From: an uncultured delta proteobacterium
GTDB taxonomy: Bacteria > Desulfobacterota > Desulfobacteria > Desulfobacterales > JAFDCJ01
Direction of reading: 5' to 3'
NCBI GenBank assembly: GCA_963769935.1
Contig: CAVYNY010000021.1
Location: 1 to 64,000 of the forward strand
Length of the DNA stretch: 64,000 nucleotides
Both the position numbers and the translations under genes were made by a program. This document shows positions 39,101 to 50,152 of this stretch, one piece after another. Every line of letters begins with the position of its first letter. Within the stretch, counting starts at the first letter, position 1. The notes under the pieces were generated by a model. It did no database searches and had not been told where the DNA came from. It worked only from the letters and a program-made list of their open reading frames with translations.

Positions 39101-39351
39101 GTAGTTTCACACGAGCCGGGCCGCTGGCCAAAAAGACGGCCAGATTAATCGAGAAAGAAACTTTTGGGAATTCGGACACAGTTGGATTTACTATCACGCC
39201 CACTTTCAGGCTTCGCTCTTCGAGCTACGACCCGACAAGCCGTTAGAGCTCACAGAGACCGCGGAGAATATTTTTCTTTCGCCGCAGGCGGCTGCCAACC
39301 CTTACCTCTGTGACCTCTGAGCGCTCTGTGTGAGATGTAGTTTCATATAAG
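39101..39351. repeat. Composite nested intergenic repeat
   Basis: GTAGTTTCA(C/T)A at both ends; CCGCTGGCC..CGGCC..ATCGA.AAAGAAAC unit; REP hairpin; CACAGAG/CTCTGTG arms. Confidence 0.75.
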
Positions 39352-39409
39352 AGTTTCCAAGTTTAGATCACTATGCTATTCTTTTAGATGCTAAGAAAGC
39401 TGTGTAAGT

Positions 39410-39853
39410 ATGCGCGCAGTCGTCCAGCGAGTCAAAGAAAGCTCGGTTAAAACCGGGGAAGAAACCATCAGCCGGATTGGCAGAGGTCTGCTGGTACTGC
39501 TCGGTGTCGCCCAAGGCGACCGCCCGTCTGATGCCGACTATCTGGCAAACAAAATCGTGAACTTAAGAATTTTTGAAGATGACATCGGTAAAATGAACCG
39601 GTCGGTGCTGGAAACCGGCGGCCAAATGCTGGTGGTTTCTCAGTTCACCCTGCTGGGGGATTGCCGCAAGGGCCGCCGGCCTTCTTTCGTGGCTGCCGCC
39701 GAGCCGGCGAAGGCCACAGAGCTCTATACCGATTTTGTCGAACAGGTACGCCGGCTGGGTGTATCCGTTCAAACCGGACGTTTCGGGGCCGTGATGGAAG
39801 TCGCCTTGAAAAACGACGGGCCGGTCACCCTCATTCTGGAAAGCCCAAGTTAA
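39410..39853 (+). CDS. dtd: D-aminoacyl-tRNA deacylase
   Basis: [19 protein letters not shown]. Confidence 0.97.
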   Translation: MRAVVQRVKESSVKTGEETISRIGRGLLVLLGVAQGDRPSDADYLANKIVNLRIFEDDIGKMNRSVLETGGQMLVVSQFTLLGDCRKGRRPSFVAAAEPAKATELYTDFVEQVRRLGVSVQTGRFGAVMEVALKNDGPVTLILESPS

Positions 39854-39855
39854 AT

Positions 39856-41115
39856 ATGTCAAATAGAAGTTATGCCGGGTATCATTACGTTCATAAGCCG
39901 GTGGTGTTTGCATTGCTGTTGGTGATATTGCCGTTGCTTGCAGGAGATATCACCACCGCCGGCGCAGCTGAATGGGATGCAATAAAATCGCTGATCGGGA
40001 GGCGGGATGCCATCATGGTTGCTGATCCGGCGGGACGAATTTTAGTCCAGAAAAATGAAACCCGCAAATTAATCCCAGCTTCCATTCTCAAAATTTTCAC
40101 TTCTCTGGCAGCCCTGCATTACCTCGGGCCGGAGTATCGTTTCCGGACGGAATTTTATCTGGACAACGCCGCCAATCTCAAAATCAAAGGCTATGGCGAT
40201 CCGTTGTTAATTTCAGAAATTGTCAACCTCGTCTCACAGCTGCTGGCCCCTCTGGTCGGAAGTTCGATAATGGTCAACGATCTAATTCTGGATGATTCCT
40301 ATTTCAGCCAACCCTTGACCATACCCGGCATCAGCTCTTCATCGCAGCCCTACGACGCCCCGAATGGGGCATTGTGTGTAAATTTCAACACGGTTAATTT
40401 CAAGCACACGAACTCCGGCTACACCAGTGCCGAGCCGCAAACGCCGCTTTTGCCATTTGCGGAAAAAAAGATCAACGCATTGCAGCTTAAAAGCGGCCGA
40501 TATGTTCTGTCACATGTCGCCGGTGAAAACACAGTATATGCCGGTGAATTATTCAAATACTTTCTGAACCGGCATGGACTGCGGATTAACGGCAAAGTTA
40601 AGCTGGGCCGGGTAAATGCAGCCGAAGATCAACTCATCTATCAATATGTCTCTCGTTTTACATTGGCTGAGATTATCGCCGGACTTCTTGAACACTCCAA
40701 CAATTTCACCATCAACCAGCTGCTGATTACCGCGGGCGTCAAGGCCTTCGGTGCACCCGGCAATCTTGCAAAAGGCGTCAGAGCGGCATTGGATTACGCC
40801 GAACAGGTTTTACATATCGCGGATTTGACCATCGTGGAAGGCTCGGGGATATCCAGAGACAACCGAGTTTCAGCACGCCAAATGATGTCGATTCTGAATG
40901 AATTTGAGCCCCAGCGGTTCTTAATGCGCCGGCAGGGCCGCGAGAATTACAAAACCGGCACCCTTAACGGCATCAGCACGCGCGCCGGCTTCATAACAGG
41001 CAATAGCGGCAAACGGTATCGTTACGTGGTAATGATCAATACCCCCGGAAAATCCACCGAACCGGTCAGGCGAAAACTATTGCATACCCTTGGGGATGAC
41101 GGAGCTTTGGAATGA
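39856..41115 (+). CDS. dacB: D-alanyl-D-alanine carboxypeptidase (PBP4, peptidase S13)
   Basis: PASILK, GDP, SNN, GSGISR, KTGTL. Confidence 0.9.
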   Translation: MSNRSYAGYHYVHKPVVFALLLVILPLLAGDITTAGAAEWDAIKSLIGRRDAIMVADPAGRILVQKNETRKLIPASILKIFTSLAALHYLGPEYRFRTEFYLDNAANLKIKGYGDPLLISEIVNLVSQLLAPLVGSSIMVNDLILDDSYFSQPLTIPGISSSSQPYDAPNGALCVNFNTVNFKHTNSGYTSAEPQTPLLPFAEKKINALQLKSGRYVLSHVAGENTVYAGELFKYFLNRHGLRINGKVKLGRVNAAEDQLIYQYVSRFTLAEIIAGLLEHSNNFTINQLLITAGVKAFGAPGNLAKGVRAALDYAEQVLHIADLTIVEGSGISRDNRVSARQMMSILNEFEPQRFLMRRQGRENYKTGTLNGISTRAGFITGNSGKRYRYVVMINTPGKSTEPVRRKLLHTLGDDGALE

Positions 41116-41122
41116 CGAGTAA

Positions 41123-41246
41123 CAATTGAATATTGAAGATTGCAGATTGAAAATTTAAGGATTTTTTTCTTATTATCCTCGGTGGTGCTGGCAGGAATCA
41201 AAAATCGACAGAATTCCACAAATATTCAATTTTCAATATTCAATAT
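41123..41246. repeat. ATATTGA-family inverted-repeat element (reverse orientation)
   Basis: Reverse complement resembles 30565-30698. Confidence 0.8.
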
Positions 41247-41257
41247 ACATTCCAGAT

Positions 41258-42028
41258 TTAGCGGGAGGTGATGCTGGCAAATGCACTGTGGTTGTGGATG
41301 GATTCGAAATTTTCCGCACTGACCGAAAACCAGGTGATGTTATCGTCGTCTTTGAGTTTTTTAGCAACATCGCGCACGATATCTTCGACAAATTTGGGAT
41401 TGGCAAACGCTTTTTCCGTGACGTACTTTTCATCAACCCGCTTCAAAACGGAAAAAACCTCACTGGAGGCTGCCCTTTCCACCAGTTCGATCATGTCTTC
41501 CATCCAGATGAATTTCTTGAACCGCGTGCTCAGACGGACCTCACCACGCTGATTATGGGCGCCATTGTCACTGATTTCCATCGAGCACGGGCAAACCGAG
41601 GAGATCGGAACAACAACTTCAGATATCAGATCAATTTTGCCGGATGGATCACTCGTTCCGATAATGCTGCAGGTGTAGTCCATCAACCCCGGCGATGTGC
41701 TGACCGGGGCTTTTTTTTCGATGAAATACGGGAAAGTCATTTCAAGGTGCGCGGAAGCGGCATTTAAATGCGCTTTCATATTTTCAAGGATGGCCGAAAA
41801 CTTCTTCAGGGAGACCTCCGGGCGCAACAGATGAAGAAGCTCGACGAATCGGCTCATGTGGGTGCCCTTGTTTTCGTGGGGTAAATCCACAAACATATTG
41901 ATGGCGGCAATAGTATGCTGAAAGCCATCCCGCCGATCACGAACGGTAATGGGATAGCGAAGATTTTTTATCCCGACTTTGTCGATCGGGATATTGCGGT
42001 AATCCGGCTGACTCTGAACGTCTTTCAT
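41258..42028 (-). CDS. folE2: GTP cyclohydrolase I type B
   Basis: MKDVQ, KGTHMSRF, CPCS, AHNQR, KRVDEK, ESIHNH. Confidence 0.96.
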   Translation of the reverse strand: MKDVQSQPDYRNIPIDKVGIKNLRYPITVRDRRDGFQHTIAAINMFVDLPHENKGTHMSRFVELLHLLRPEVSLKKFSAILENMKAHLNAASAHLEMTFPYFIEKKAPVSTSPGLMDYTCSIIGTSDPSGKIDLISEVVVPISSVCPCSMEISDNGAHNQRGEVRLSTRFKKFIWMEDMIELVERAASSEVFSVLKRVDEKYVTEKAFANPKFVEDIVRDVAKKLKDDDNITWFSVSAENFESIHNHSAFASITSR

Positions 42029-42031
42029 GGT

Positions 42032-42763
42032 TTACTTCAATAGATATTCTGTTTTCACATGACTCATGGACCGGAATATATTGCCCTTGACTTTTTTATT
42101 GCTGCGATAAAGCTGTTTTAAAAGCATTTTTATCTCCCGGCGTTTCGATGTTGCGGCGGTCGGACAGGGATTAATGAATTCCGGAAAAGACTGATTTCGA
42201 GCAAACCGCCGGATCAGGTCTTCATCCACAAATGCCAGCGGTCGGATCACGGTAAATCCCTGCTGAAAAAATGTCTGGGCCGGCAGCATCGTGCTGATTT
42301 CACCGGCATAACAGATATTCAGAAAAAGAGTCTCGATAATGTCGTCTTTGTTATGGCCCAGAGCCAGTTTGTTGCAGCCCAGTTCGGCAGCAATTTCAAA
42401 GAGCCGTTTACGCCGCAGTCTGGAACACAAAAAACACGGGTTTTCGCGGTTTTCCGAACTGTGCCCTAAAACGCCGTGGTCGGTGTATTCAACTCTGAGA
42501 GCAAAACCGCGTCGCTTGCAATAGACTTCCAGCGGTTCGGCGAAACTGCCCTCAAACCCCGGATCAATGTAGACGGCATGCAGTTCATATTGGATCGGGA
42601 TCCGCGTTTGACGCTCCAGCAACACCTGCATCAAAGTAAGACTGTCGGCGCCGCCGGATACGCCCACGACGATACGATCTTCGTCGCCGATCATTTGATA
42701 GCGGTGCAGTGCCTTGCCCACCGCCCGGTTCAGCGTTTTGTATAAATTACCTTTAACTGGCAA
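42032..42763 (-). CDS. ttcA: TtcA-family tRNA thiolase (PP-loop)
   Basis: SGGADS, PCFLCSRLRR, LGHNKDD, IRPL. Confidence 0.8.
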   Translation of the reverse strand: MPVKGNLYKTLNRAVGKALHRYQMIGDEDRIVVGVSGGADSLTLMQVLLERQTRIPIQYELHAVYIDPGFEGSFAEPLEVYCKRRGFALRVEYTDHGVLGHSSENRENPCFLCSRLRRKRLFEIAAELGCNKLALGHNKDDIIETLFLNICYAGEISTMLPAQTFFQQGFTVIRPLAFVDEDLIRRFARNQSFPEFINPCPTAATSKRREIKMLLKQLYRSNKKVKGNIFRSMSHVKTEYLLK

Positions 42764-42772
42764 GGAACGGAT

Positions 42773-42979
42773 TTATTCTCCTTCGAGAGCCGGTTCTTTT
42801 GCAACGACTTTGCCTGCAGCAACTTCTCGCAGGGAAACGACAATATCCTCATTTTTCGCCGAACTTACCAGATAATCAGATCCTTCACGGATTTGCCGCA
42901 CACGCCGGGCAACCATGTTGACCAGCAAAAATCGATTATCTACTTTTCTCAGGCAATCTTCAATCGTAATACGCGCCAC
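42773..42979 (-). CDS. rpoZ: RNA polymerase omega subunit
   Basis: ARITIEDCL..NRF.LV, LREVAAG. Confidence 0.95.
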   Translation of the reverse strand: MARITIEDCLRKVDNRFLLVNMVARRVRQIREGSDYLVSSAKNEDIVVSLREVAAGKVVAKEPALEGE

Positions 42980-43050
42980 AGAAAAACCTCCAATTCGTAA
43001 ATTATTTAGTAAGAATTTTACCTAACCCGGGCCCTCCAAAGCCAACAAAG

Positions 43051-43149
43051 AAAAATTAATCACGAAAGCACGAAAGGACGAAAACACGAAAAGAAGACAA
43101 GAAAAATTTCGTGCTTTTCAGATTTCGTGTTTTCGTGATAAAAAATTTT
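43051..43149. repeat. CACGAAA inverted-repeat element without passenger gene
   Basis: ATCACGAAAGCACGAAAGGACGAAAACACGAAA ... TTTCGTGCTTTTCAGATTTCGTGTTTTCGTGAT. Confidence 0.85.
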
Positions 43150-43208
43150 TTTCCATGAAATGCAACGGGTTTACAATTAAGACTAGTTGAGCTTGCGCTG
43201 AATAAGGG

Positions 43209-43676
43209 CTAACGGATATCCACCAACTCATATACCCGCTTGCCTCCCGGCACTTGGAGGGTCAGCTCGTCACCCGGCTTTTTGCCTAAAATGGCTTGGC
43301 CGAGCGGCGAGGATATGGATATGCGTCCCTTCCCAATGTCGGACTCATCCGGCCCGACCAGCTGGTATTCAACATCCTGACCGGTTTCGATATTTTCAAG
43401 CAAAACCCGACAGCCGAATACCGCTTTTTCTTTGTTTAGCTTGTCCGGGTCGATGATATCGGAATTGCCCAATTTGTATTGCAATTCGCTGATGCGCCCC
43501 TCGATAAAACCCTGGCGGTCTTTGGCGGCTGCAAACTCCGCGTTTTCACTGAGATCACCGTGGGCACGCGCCTCTTCTATCGCCTTTATATTTTCAGGGC
43601 GTTCAACTCTCTTTAACTTTTCCAACTCTTTTTTTAAAGCTTCATAACCTTCTCTGGTTACCGGTACGCGGTCCAA
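43209..43676 (-). CDS. greA: Transcription elongation factor GreA
   Basis: ARAHGDLSENAEF, ISISSPLG. Confidence 0.96.
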   Translation of the reverse strand: MDRVPVTREGYEALKKELEKLKRVERPENIKAIEEARAHGDLSENAEFAAAKDRQGFIEGRISELQYKLGNSDIIDPDKLNKEKAVFGCRVLLENIETGQDVEYQLVGPDESDIGKGRISISSPLGQAILGKKPGDELTLQVPGGKRVYELVDIR

Positions 43677-43697
43677 TTTGATTCTCCTTATCGGTTA

Positions 43698-43806
43698 AAC
43701 CGTTTGCCGGTTTGCCCGTTTGCCGGTTCGCCGGTGTGGCGGTTTGCCCGTTTATAGGTTTACCGAGACGGACCAATGAGCCAACGGGCTCAACGGGCCA
43801 ACCGTC
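43698..43806. repeat. CCGTTTGC octamer / AACGGG inverted repeat
   Basis: Second copy at 63520-63625. Confidence 0.8.
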
Positions 43807-43809
43807 CCA

Positions 43810-44832
43810 TCACAGATACTGCTCCCCAAGCAGCGCGGCAATCTGCACGGCATTGGTTGCCGCACCTTTGCGAATATTGTCGGCCACAATCCACAGGTTG
43901 ATTCCACTGGCAATAGACTCATCCTTCCGTATGCGACCCACCAGGGTTAAATCTTGCCCGGCCGCATCGGTTGCCAGTGGGTACCGGTTGTTGGCCGGGT
44001 CATCGACCACCTTAATGCCCGGTGCACTTTCAAGAACCAGCTTGACCTCCCGAACCGACACGGGCTCTTTGGTTTCCACATTGACGGATTCAGAGTGACC
44101 ATAAAATACGGGAACCCGCACGGCGGTCGCGGTAACCCCGATGGTATCATCTTCAAAAATTTTACGGGTCTCATTGACCATTTTCATTTCTTCTTTGGTA
44201 TATCCATTCTCCAAAAATACATCGATATGGGGCAGACAGTTAAAAGCAATGCGGTGCGGGTAAACTTTATTTTCACATGCCAGAAAGTTAATGAGAGCCC
44301 GGGTCTGGTCAAAAAGCTCATCGATGGCTTTCTTGCCGGTACCGGACACGGCCTGATAGGTGGAGACCACGATCCGTTTGATGCCGTATTTTTTGCGAAT
44401 CGGATTCAGGGCAACGACCATCTGAATCGTCGAGCAGTTGGGATTGGCAATAATTCCCTTTTTTGAATAATGGGCGAGGGCATGCGGATTGACCTCCGGG
44501 ACGACCAGCGGTACATCCGGATCCATTCGCCAGGCGCTGGAATTATCTACCACCACGCAGCCGTCTTTGGCAGCGTAAGGTGCAAACCGCTCACTGGTGC
44601 TCCCGCCGGCTGAAAACAGGGCGATATCCATTCCTTTAAATGAATCTTCTTTAAGTTCTTCAACCGCGATCGGATCACCTTTGAATCGCAGCTGCCTTCC
44701 GACTGAGCGTGCGGAGGCGAGAAATCTGACGGATTGAACCGGAAAATCAGACGCCTCCAAACAGCTGATCATTTGGTTGCCGACCGCTCCGGTAGCTCCA
44801 GCCACGGCAACGTTGAATTTTTTCCCGGTCAT
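43810..44832 (-). CDS. asd: Aspartate-semialdehyde dehydrogenase
   Basis: GATGAVG, VPEVN, NPNCST, GHSE, DNIRKGAA. Confidence 0.97.
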   Translation of the reverse strand: MTGKKFNVAVAGATGAVGNQMISCLEASDFPVQSVRFLASARSVGRQLRFKGDPIAVEELKEDSFKGMDIALFSAGGSTSERFAPYAAKDGCVVVDNSSAWRMDPDVPLVVPEVNPHALAHYSKKGIIANPNCSTIQMVVALNPIRKKYGIKRIVVSTYQAVSGTGKKAIDELFDQTRALINFLACENKVYPHRIAFNCLPHIDVFLENGYTKEEMKMVNETRKIFEDDTIGVTATAVRVPVFYGHSESVNVETKEPVSVREVKLVLESAPGIKVVDDPANNRYPLATDAAGQDLTLVGRIRKDESIASGINLWIVADNIRKGAATNAVQIAALLGEQYL

Positions 44833-44876
44833 GTTGTACGCTCCCCCTTCAATATTCAACCTTCAATTGAAAATAT

Positions 44877-45551
44877 TCAATCGTTAAGCTGCCCCAGTAT
44901 CGTCTCCCCCGCCTGGATCTTGTCTCCCACCGCCACGTTGAGTTTTATATCCAGCGGCAGATAGACATCGAGCCGGGAACCGAAACAGATAAGTCCAAAT
45001 CGCTGCCCCCGAATCACGCTATCCCCCGGCTTTACTTTACAGATAATGCGTCTGGCAATCAAACCCGCTACCTGAACCACGCATAAGCGTCTTCCCTTAT
45101 CCGTCTCAATAAAAACGGCATTATGCTCGTTTTCCAAAGAGGCTTTATCGAAATTGGCGGCTATGAATTTGCCCGGATGATAATTGATCTCTTTTACCCG
45201 GCCGTCGCAGGGTACCCGGTTGACATGAACATTTAACACCGACATGAAAATACTGATTTTCATTGCCTGGCCGTCATAAAACGGGCTGTTGTCCACCACG
45301 CTGGCGGCAACAACTTTTCCGTCTGCCGGCGATACAACGGCTCCGTGTTGGTCGGGAATTACCCGATCCGGGTCTCTGAAAAAACCACATATGGCAAAGG
45401 TGATCACCAGGCCTATCAGAGTTAAAGTCGTAAGCCCCAGCAAAGCCAGAATAGCAGTCGCAAATGCCGCAGACAGTATGAATGGATAACCGGCAGTTGC
45501 CACCGGAAACGCGGTTTGACTGGGTGGATCTGACCGGCTGTATTTTTCCAT
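44877..45551 (-). CDS. psd: Phosphatidylserine decarboxylase proenzyme
   Basis: FFRDPDR, SPADG, VHVNRVP, FGSR. Confidence 0.95.
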   Translation of the reverse strand: MEKYSRSDPPSQTAFPVATAGYPFILSAAFATAILALLGLTTLTLIGLVITFAICGFFRDPDRVIPDQHGAVVSPADGKVVAASVVDNSPFYDGQAMKISIFMSVLNVHVNRVPCDGRVKEINYHPGKFIAANFDKASLENEHNAVFIETDKGRRLCVVQVAGLIARRIICKVKPGDSVIRGQRFGLICFGSRLDVYLPLDIKLNVAVGDKIQAGETILGQLND

Positions 45552-45662
45552 AATTAATCCGCCCTTAAAATCAGTATATGGGGATGCTGGAATTAATTAA
45601 AATTTTTTTTTATAGCAACAATAATAATTTCTGTCAAGGATAACCATAAAAAAATCAGCATA

Positions 45663-46352
45663 TTATCCTTTACACCCAATTTCAAGTTCAGCATCGGAAT
45701 TTCGTATGTATTGCGGCACCAGCAATTTTGCGTCTTCGGTTGGTTGTTGCTCGATCCGGGCAAGGCTCAGTCCGGCAATCGTTGAAGCCCGAATGATGTG
45801 CCGGCTATCATCGGCAAAAAGGGCCAGCTCACCCAGCTCGCCCGAGATCAGCTCCTGATAAAGCATAGCGCCGTTGCCCACGAAAATACAGGGTTCGTCA
45901 ATGCCCCGCACGGTGTCGGTCGGAGAAGCCACACGCTCGCGGCCCTCTTTTGTCATTGCCTGACCAATAAAGCGGTAGCGGCACGAATATACTTCCTTTT
46001 TGCGTGCATCCATTACCGCACAGATCAGAAGAGGCGTTTGGCTGCACTGCCAGGCAAGGGCATCGAGACTCGAAACGCCCACGACCGGTTTATGCAGGGC
46101 ATAGGCCAAACCTTTGATCGCGCTGATTCCGATTCTCAGACCGGTAAATGACCCGGGGCCGATGGTTGCGGCGAACCCGTCCAACTGCTCAACTTGCAGC
46201 CCCGCCATTGCGAGGATGGTATCGATAATGTTCATCAGATGCCGGGAATGCGTCCGGCCGTTGGCAAGTGTCAGTTCCGCCAGCAGCATTTTCCGATCCG
46301 TCACAGCCGCACTGCAGCTTTTGGTGGCTGTATCCACAGCTAGGATTTTCAT
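45663..46352 (-). CDS. tsaB: tRNA threonylcarbamoyladenosine biosynthesis protein TsaB
   Basis: MKILAVDTAT, GPGSFTGLRIG, DARKKEVY. Confidence 0.96.
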   Translation of the reverse strand: MKILAVDTATKSCSAAVTDRKMLLAELTLANGRTHSRHLMNIIDTILAMAGLQVEQLDGFAATIGPGSFTGLRIGISAIKGLAYALHKPVVGVSSLDALAWQCSQTPLLICAVMDARKKEVYSCRYRFIGQAMTKEGRERVASPTDTVRGIDEPCIFVGNGAMLYQELISGELGELALFADDSRHIIRASTIAGLSLARIEQQPTEDAKLLVPQYIRNSDAELEIGCKG

Positions 46353-46518
46353 ATCGGTTTGGGTCGTTGGGTTCGTTAGAATCGTCCCCGTTAAACAAAA
46401 GACAAAAAAGTTTAACGGGCTAAATTTAGAGCGCGGAAGCACTGGGAGCGTAATGTTTGTTGAATATCAGCGCTGCCGCGCCTCCCGGCAAGAGACAGCA
46501 TTCCGCTAAGCCCAACAA

Positions 46519-48982
46519 CTAATGGCTACGCCTTTTGTTCGGACCTCCGACCTCTGTCCTTTGTCTTCCGAGTTCTGTCTTCTGTCTTCTGATCTCCGTC
46601 ATCCGTTTATCAGACAGTGCCGTTTTGAGCACCTGTTCCATATTCCGCACTGTAATAAATTTAATTTTACGCTTGACGTTTTGCGGTATCTCGGTCAAAT
46701 CTTTTTTATTTTTCTCCGGGATGATAATCGTACGGATACCGGCCCGCAGGGCACCGAGAGCTTTTTCTTTCAATCCCCCGATGGGCAAGCACCCTGCCCC
46801 TGAGGGTAACCTCACCGGTCATGGCAACATCATTGCACACCGGGCGCTCCGCCAGAGCTGAGACTAAGGCCGTAGCCATGGCGATGCCGGCCGAAGGTCC
46901 ATCTTTGGGAATTGCCCCGGCGGGCACATGAATATGAATATCCACATTTTCAAAATTCTTCTTTTTTATTCCGAGTGATCTGAGATTGGCCCGGGTATAG
47001 GTCACAGCAGCCCGGGCAGATTCCTGCATCACCTCGCCGAGTTGCCCGGTAACAATCAACTCACCTTTGCCGCCGATCAGAGATGCCTCGACATAAAGCA
47101 CTTCACCGCCGACCTGGGTCCAAGCCAAGCCGGTCGCCAGGCCCACCTGGCTGTTTTCCTGATCCATTTCGGGATATACTTGGCCACACCCAAGAATTTC
47201 TGCAGATTGCCCCTGGTGATCTTAAAAGTCTTCCTGCGGCCCTCCGCGATTTGGCGTGCCGCCTTGCGACAAATGCTGCCGATCTCACGCTCGAGATTCC
47301 TCAGACCGGCTTCTGAAGTGTATTCGGTTATGATCTGAAGCAAGGCAGCGCTGCCGATCGAAAGCGACCTCGGCTTTCAAGCCGTTTTCTTTTAACTGGC
47401 GCGGAATCAGGTGCTGGAATGCAATGGTCATTTTTTCTTCCTCGGTATAGCCGGAAAGATTGATAACTTCCATTCTATCCAGCAACGCCGACGGAATGGT
47501 GTCGGTTGCATTGGCGGTGAGAATAAACATGACTTTCGAAAGATCAAACGGCAGATTCAGAAAATGATCGCTGAAACTCTGAATTCTGTTCCGGGTCCAG
47601 CGCTTCCAGCAGCGCTGACGACGGATCGCCCCGAAAATCCGAGCCCAATTTGTCGATTTCATCCATCATGAAAACGGGGTTGTTGGTGCCGCATTGCTTC
47701 AAACCCTGCAGGATGCGACCCGGCAGAGCGCCGATATAGGTTCGACGATGCCCGCGGATTTCGGCTTCATCCCGGATGCCGCCCAAGGAAATACGAATGA
47801 ACTTTCGTTTCATGGCCCGCGCAATGGATTGTCCCAGCGAAGTCTTGCCGACGCCCGGAGGCCCTACAAAGCAAAGGATCGGCCCCTTCATGTTCGGGAT
47901 TCAGTTTGCGAACGCTTAAATATTCCAGAATGCGGTCTTTGACATTGATCAAGTCCGTAATGATCTCTGTCCAGAACCTTTTTGGCTCTTTTTATGTCGA
48001 TCACATCTCGTGACGATTTATTCCAGGGCATGTCCACCAGCCAGTCCAGGTAGGTTCGAACCACGGTGGATTCCGCTGAATCAGGATGCATCTTCTCCAG
48101 GCGTTTTAACTGTTTGGCGGCCTCTTGGTTGGCTTCCTTCGACATTCGGGCCTGCCTGATTTTTCTTTTATAATCTTCCAGCTCCTGAATACTGTCATCC
48201 TGTTCTCCCAGTTCCTTGTAAATCGCCCGCACCTGCTCTCTTAAAAAATAATCCCGCTGGCTTTTAGATATTTCATCCTTGACGTCGGATTGAATTTTGG
48301 CCTGCATGGAAGACAGCTGAACTTCGCGGGAAAGCAAGTCATTGACTTGCCTTAATCGTTCAACAGGATCGATGATTTCAAGCAGTTTTTGAGAATCTTC
48401 AATTTTAAGCCTCAGGTTCGAAGCCACCAGGTCGGCAAGTTTGCCCGGCTCTTCCACACTTTGCAGGATAGTGATGACATCGCCGGTCATTTCACCGCGC
48501 AGGACTAATATTTTTTCACAATGCTCGCGAACATTGCGCATTAAGGCTTCTATTTCCAAGCTGATGGCATCGACCGTCGGTTCTATGATCATCTCAAGCT
48601 TCACGCGATATAAGGAGCGTTTGCGTGTGTATTTGACGATCTTGGCTTTGGCACAGCCCTGGACCAGAATTTTGATATTGCCGTCGGGTAATTTCAGCAT
48701 GCGCAAAACGCGACCGACAGTACCGGTGCTGAATATTTCATCTGTGTTCGGGTTTTCAATACCCGGATCCTTTTGGGTGGCCAACAACAAATAACCTTCT
48801 TTTGCGATCGCCTCCTGGACTGCCCGCAATGATTTCTCGCGTCCTACGAACAGAGGCAGAACCATATCGGTAAAAACGACCACATCCCGCACCGGCATCA
48901 GCGGAAGGGTATCGGGAATTGGAGTATCGGGGTCATCATCGTCAATAATGCTTATAAGATCATCCATGTCGGCTTCAGCCAT
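46519..48982 (-). CDS. lon: Lon protease (several probable sequencing frameshifts)
   Basis: [48 protein letters not shown]. Confidence 0.95.
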
Positions 48983-49326
48983 TTTAACTCCCGCAAAAAT
49001 TGTATTAGGCGCCCAGAGGGGCCGATTTCAAATTTTTTTATCGATTTATAAAGCCGGATAAGCCCAGCTTGATCCGTGCAAGTCCAACTCTTAAAGCTAA
49101 GACATTTATTATTTTTGACAATATCCCTTTGTTTTTTTTGTGAAACATGCAAGAATAATGGAGCAACAGCAGCGAATCCCGATCCAGCCTCCGGCCTGTA
49201 GGGCCTGCAGACCGGCTTCCGGCTCGCAAAGCCTAATGCTCGGAGACACAGAGAACCCGGCACCGATCTCAGCTCAGCCCAAAGATATTTGGTAGCATTC
49301 ATATGCAATGGTGGAATATTGGATAT

Positions 49327-50100
49327 ATGCCGCTTTACTTGATTGAAATTTTTATCTTTATTTTGGGTCTCTGCATCGGAAGCTTTCTCAATGTCTGCAT
49401 CTTCCGTCTGCCGGCCTCACAATCAATCGTCCATCCGGGTTCCCGGTGTCCGAAGTGCGGCACCTCAATTGCTATTTATGACAACATTCCGGTACTCAGC
49501 TATCTGTGGCTCCAAGGACGCTGTCGTTACTGCCGGGTAAAGATTGCAGTGCGCTATCCGATCATTGAATTACTGGGTGGTCTATTTGCACTGGCGACAT
49601 TTCTTAAATTCGGTCTGACGCTTCAAGCCTTAATTTATTTTGCATTCATTGCCTGCCTGCTGGTGATTACCTTCATCGATTTGGATCACCGGATTATACC
49701 GGATATTATCACCCTTCCCGGCATACCCATTTGTTTTGCCGCCAGTTTTGCCATCCCGTCGGTTGCCTACAAAGATGCCCTGCTGGGTATCCTTATCGGA
49801 GGCGGAAGCTTGCTTTGCGTTGCCTGGATCTACAACCTGCTCACCAAAAAAGAGGGGATGGGCGGGGGCGACATCAAGTTGCTGGCGATGATGGGCGCCC
49901 TGGTGGGCTGGCAGGGGGTGCTTTTTACGATTTTTGTGTCTTCATTGATCGGGACCCTGTCGGGTTTGGCGATTATGCTGCACTCGCGCAAAGGAATGAA
50001 GCTGGCGGTGCCTTTCGGACCTTTTTTAGCAATCGGGTGTATCACATACATTTTTTTCGGTACCCAGCTGATTGCCTGGTATTTTAATTTATTGAGATAA
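49327..50100 (+). CDS. pilD: Prepilin peptidase
   Basis: GSFLNVCIFRLP, CPKC/CRYC, GMGGGDIKL, PFGPFL. Confidence 0.95.
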   Translation: MPLYLIEIFIFILGLCIGSFLNVCIFRLPASQSIVHPGSRCPKCGTSIAIYDNIPVLSYLWLQGRCRYCRVKIAVRYPIIELLGGLFALATFLKFGLTLQALIYFAFIACLLVITFIDLDHRIIPDIITLPGIPICFAASFAIPSVAYKDALLGILIGGGSLLCVAWIYNLLTKKEGMGGGDIKLLAMMGALVGWQGVLFTIFVSSLIGTLSGLAIMLHSRKGMKLAVPFGPFLAIGCITYIFFGTQLIAWYFNLLR

Positions 50101-50152
50101 ACATCTGCATCCGGAAAATCCGTATTGCACCATTTGAAATCACGGTAGCTTT

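Noticed and set aside
39661..39855. N-terminal extension of the dacB ORF
   Set aside because: Overlaps dtd; ATG 39856 followed by a signal peptide is more plausible.
46519..48982. Split lon as several genes
   Set aside because: The fragments are collinear parts of one Lon; most likely indel artefacts.
49160..49285. Riboswitch (e.g. c-di-GMP) upstream of pilD
   Set aside because: Has GCAAAGC and small hairpins, but the GEMM two-stem consensus is not recognisable.
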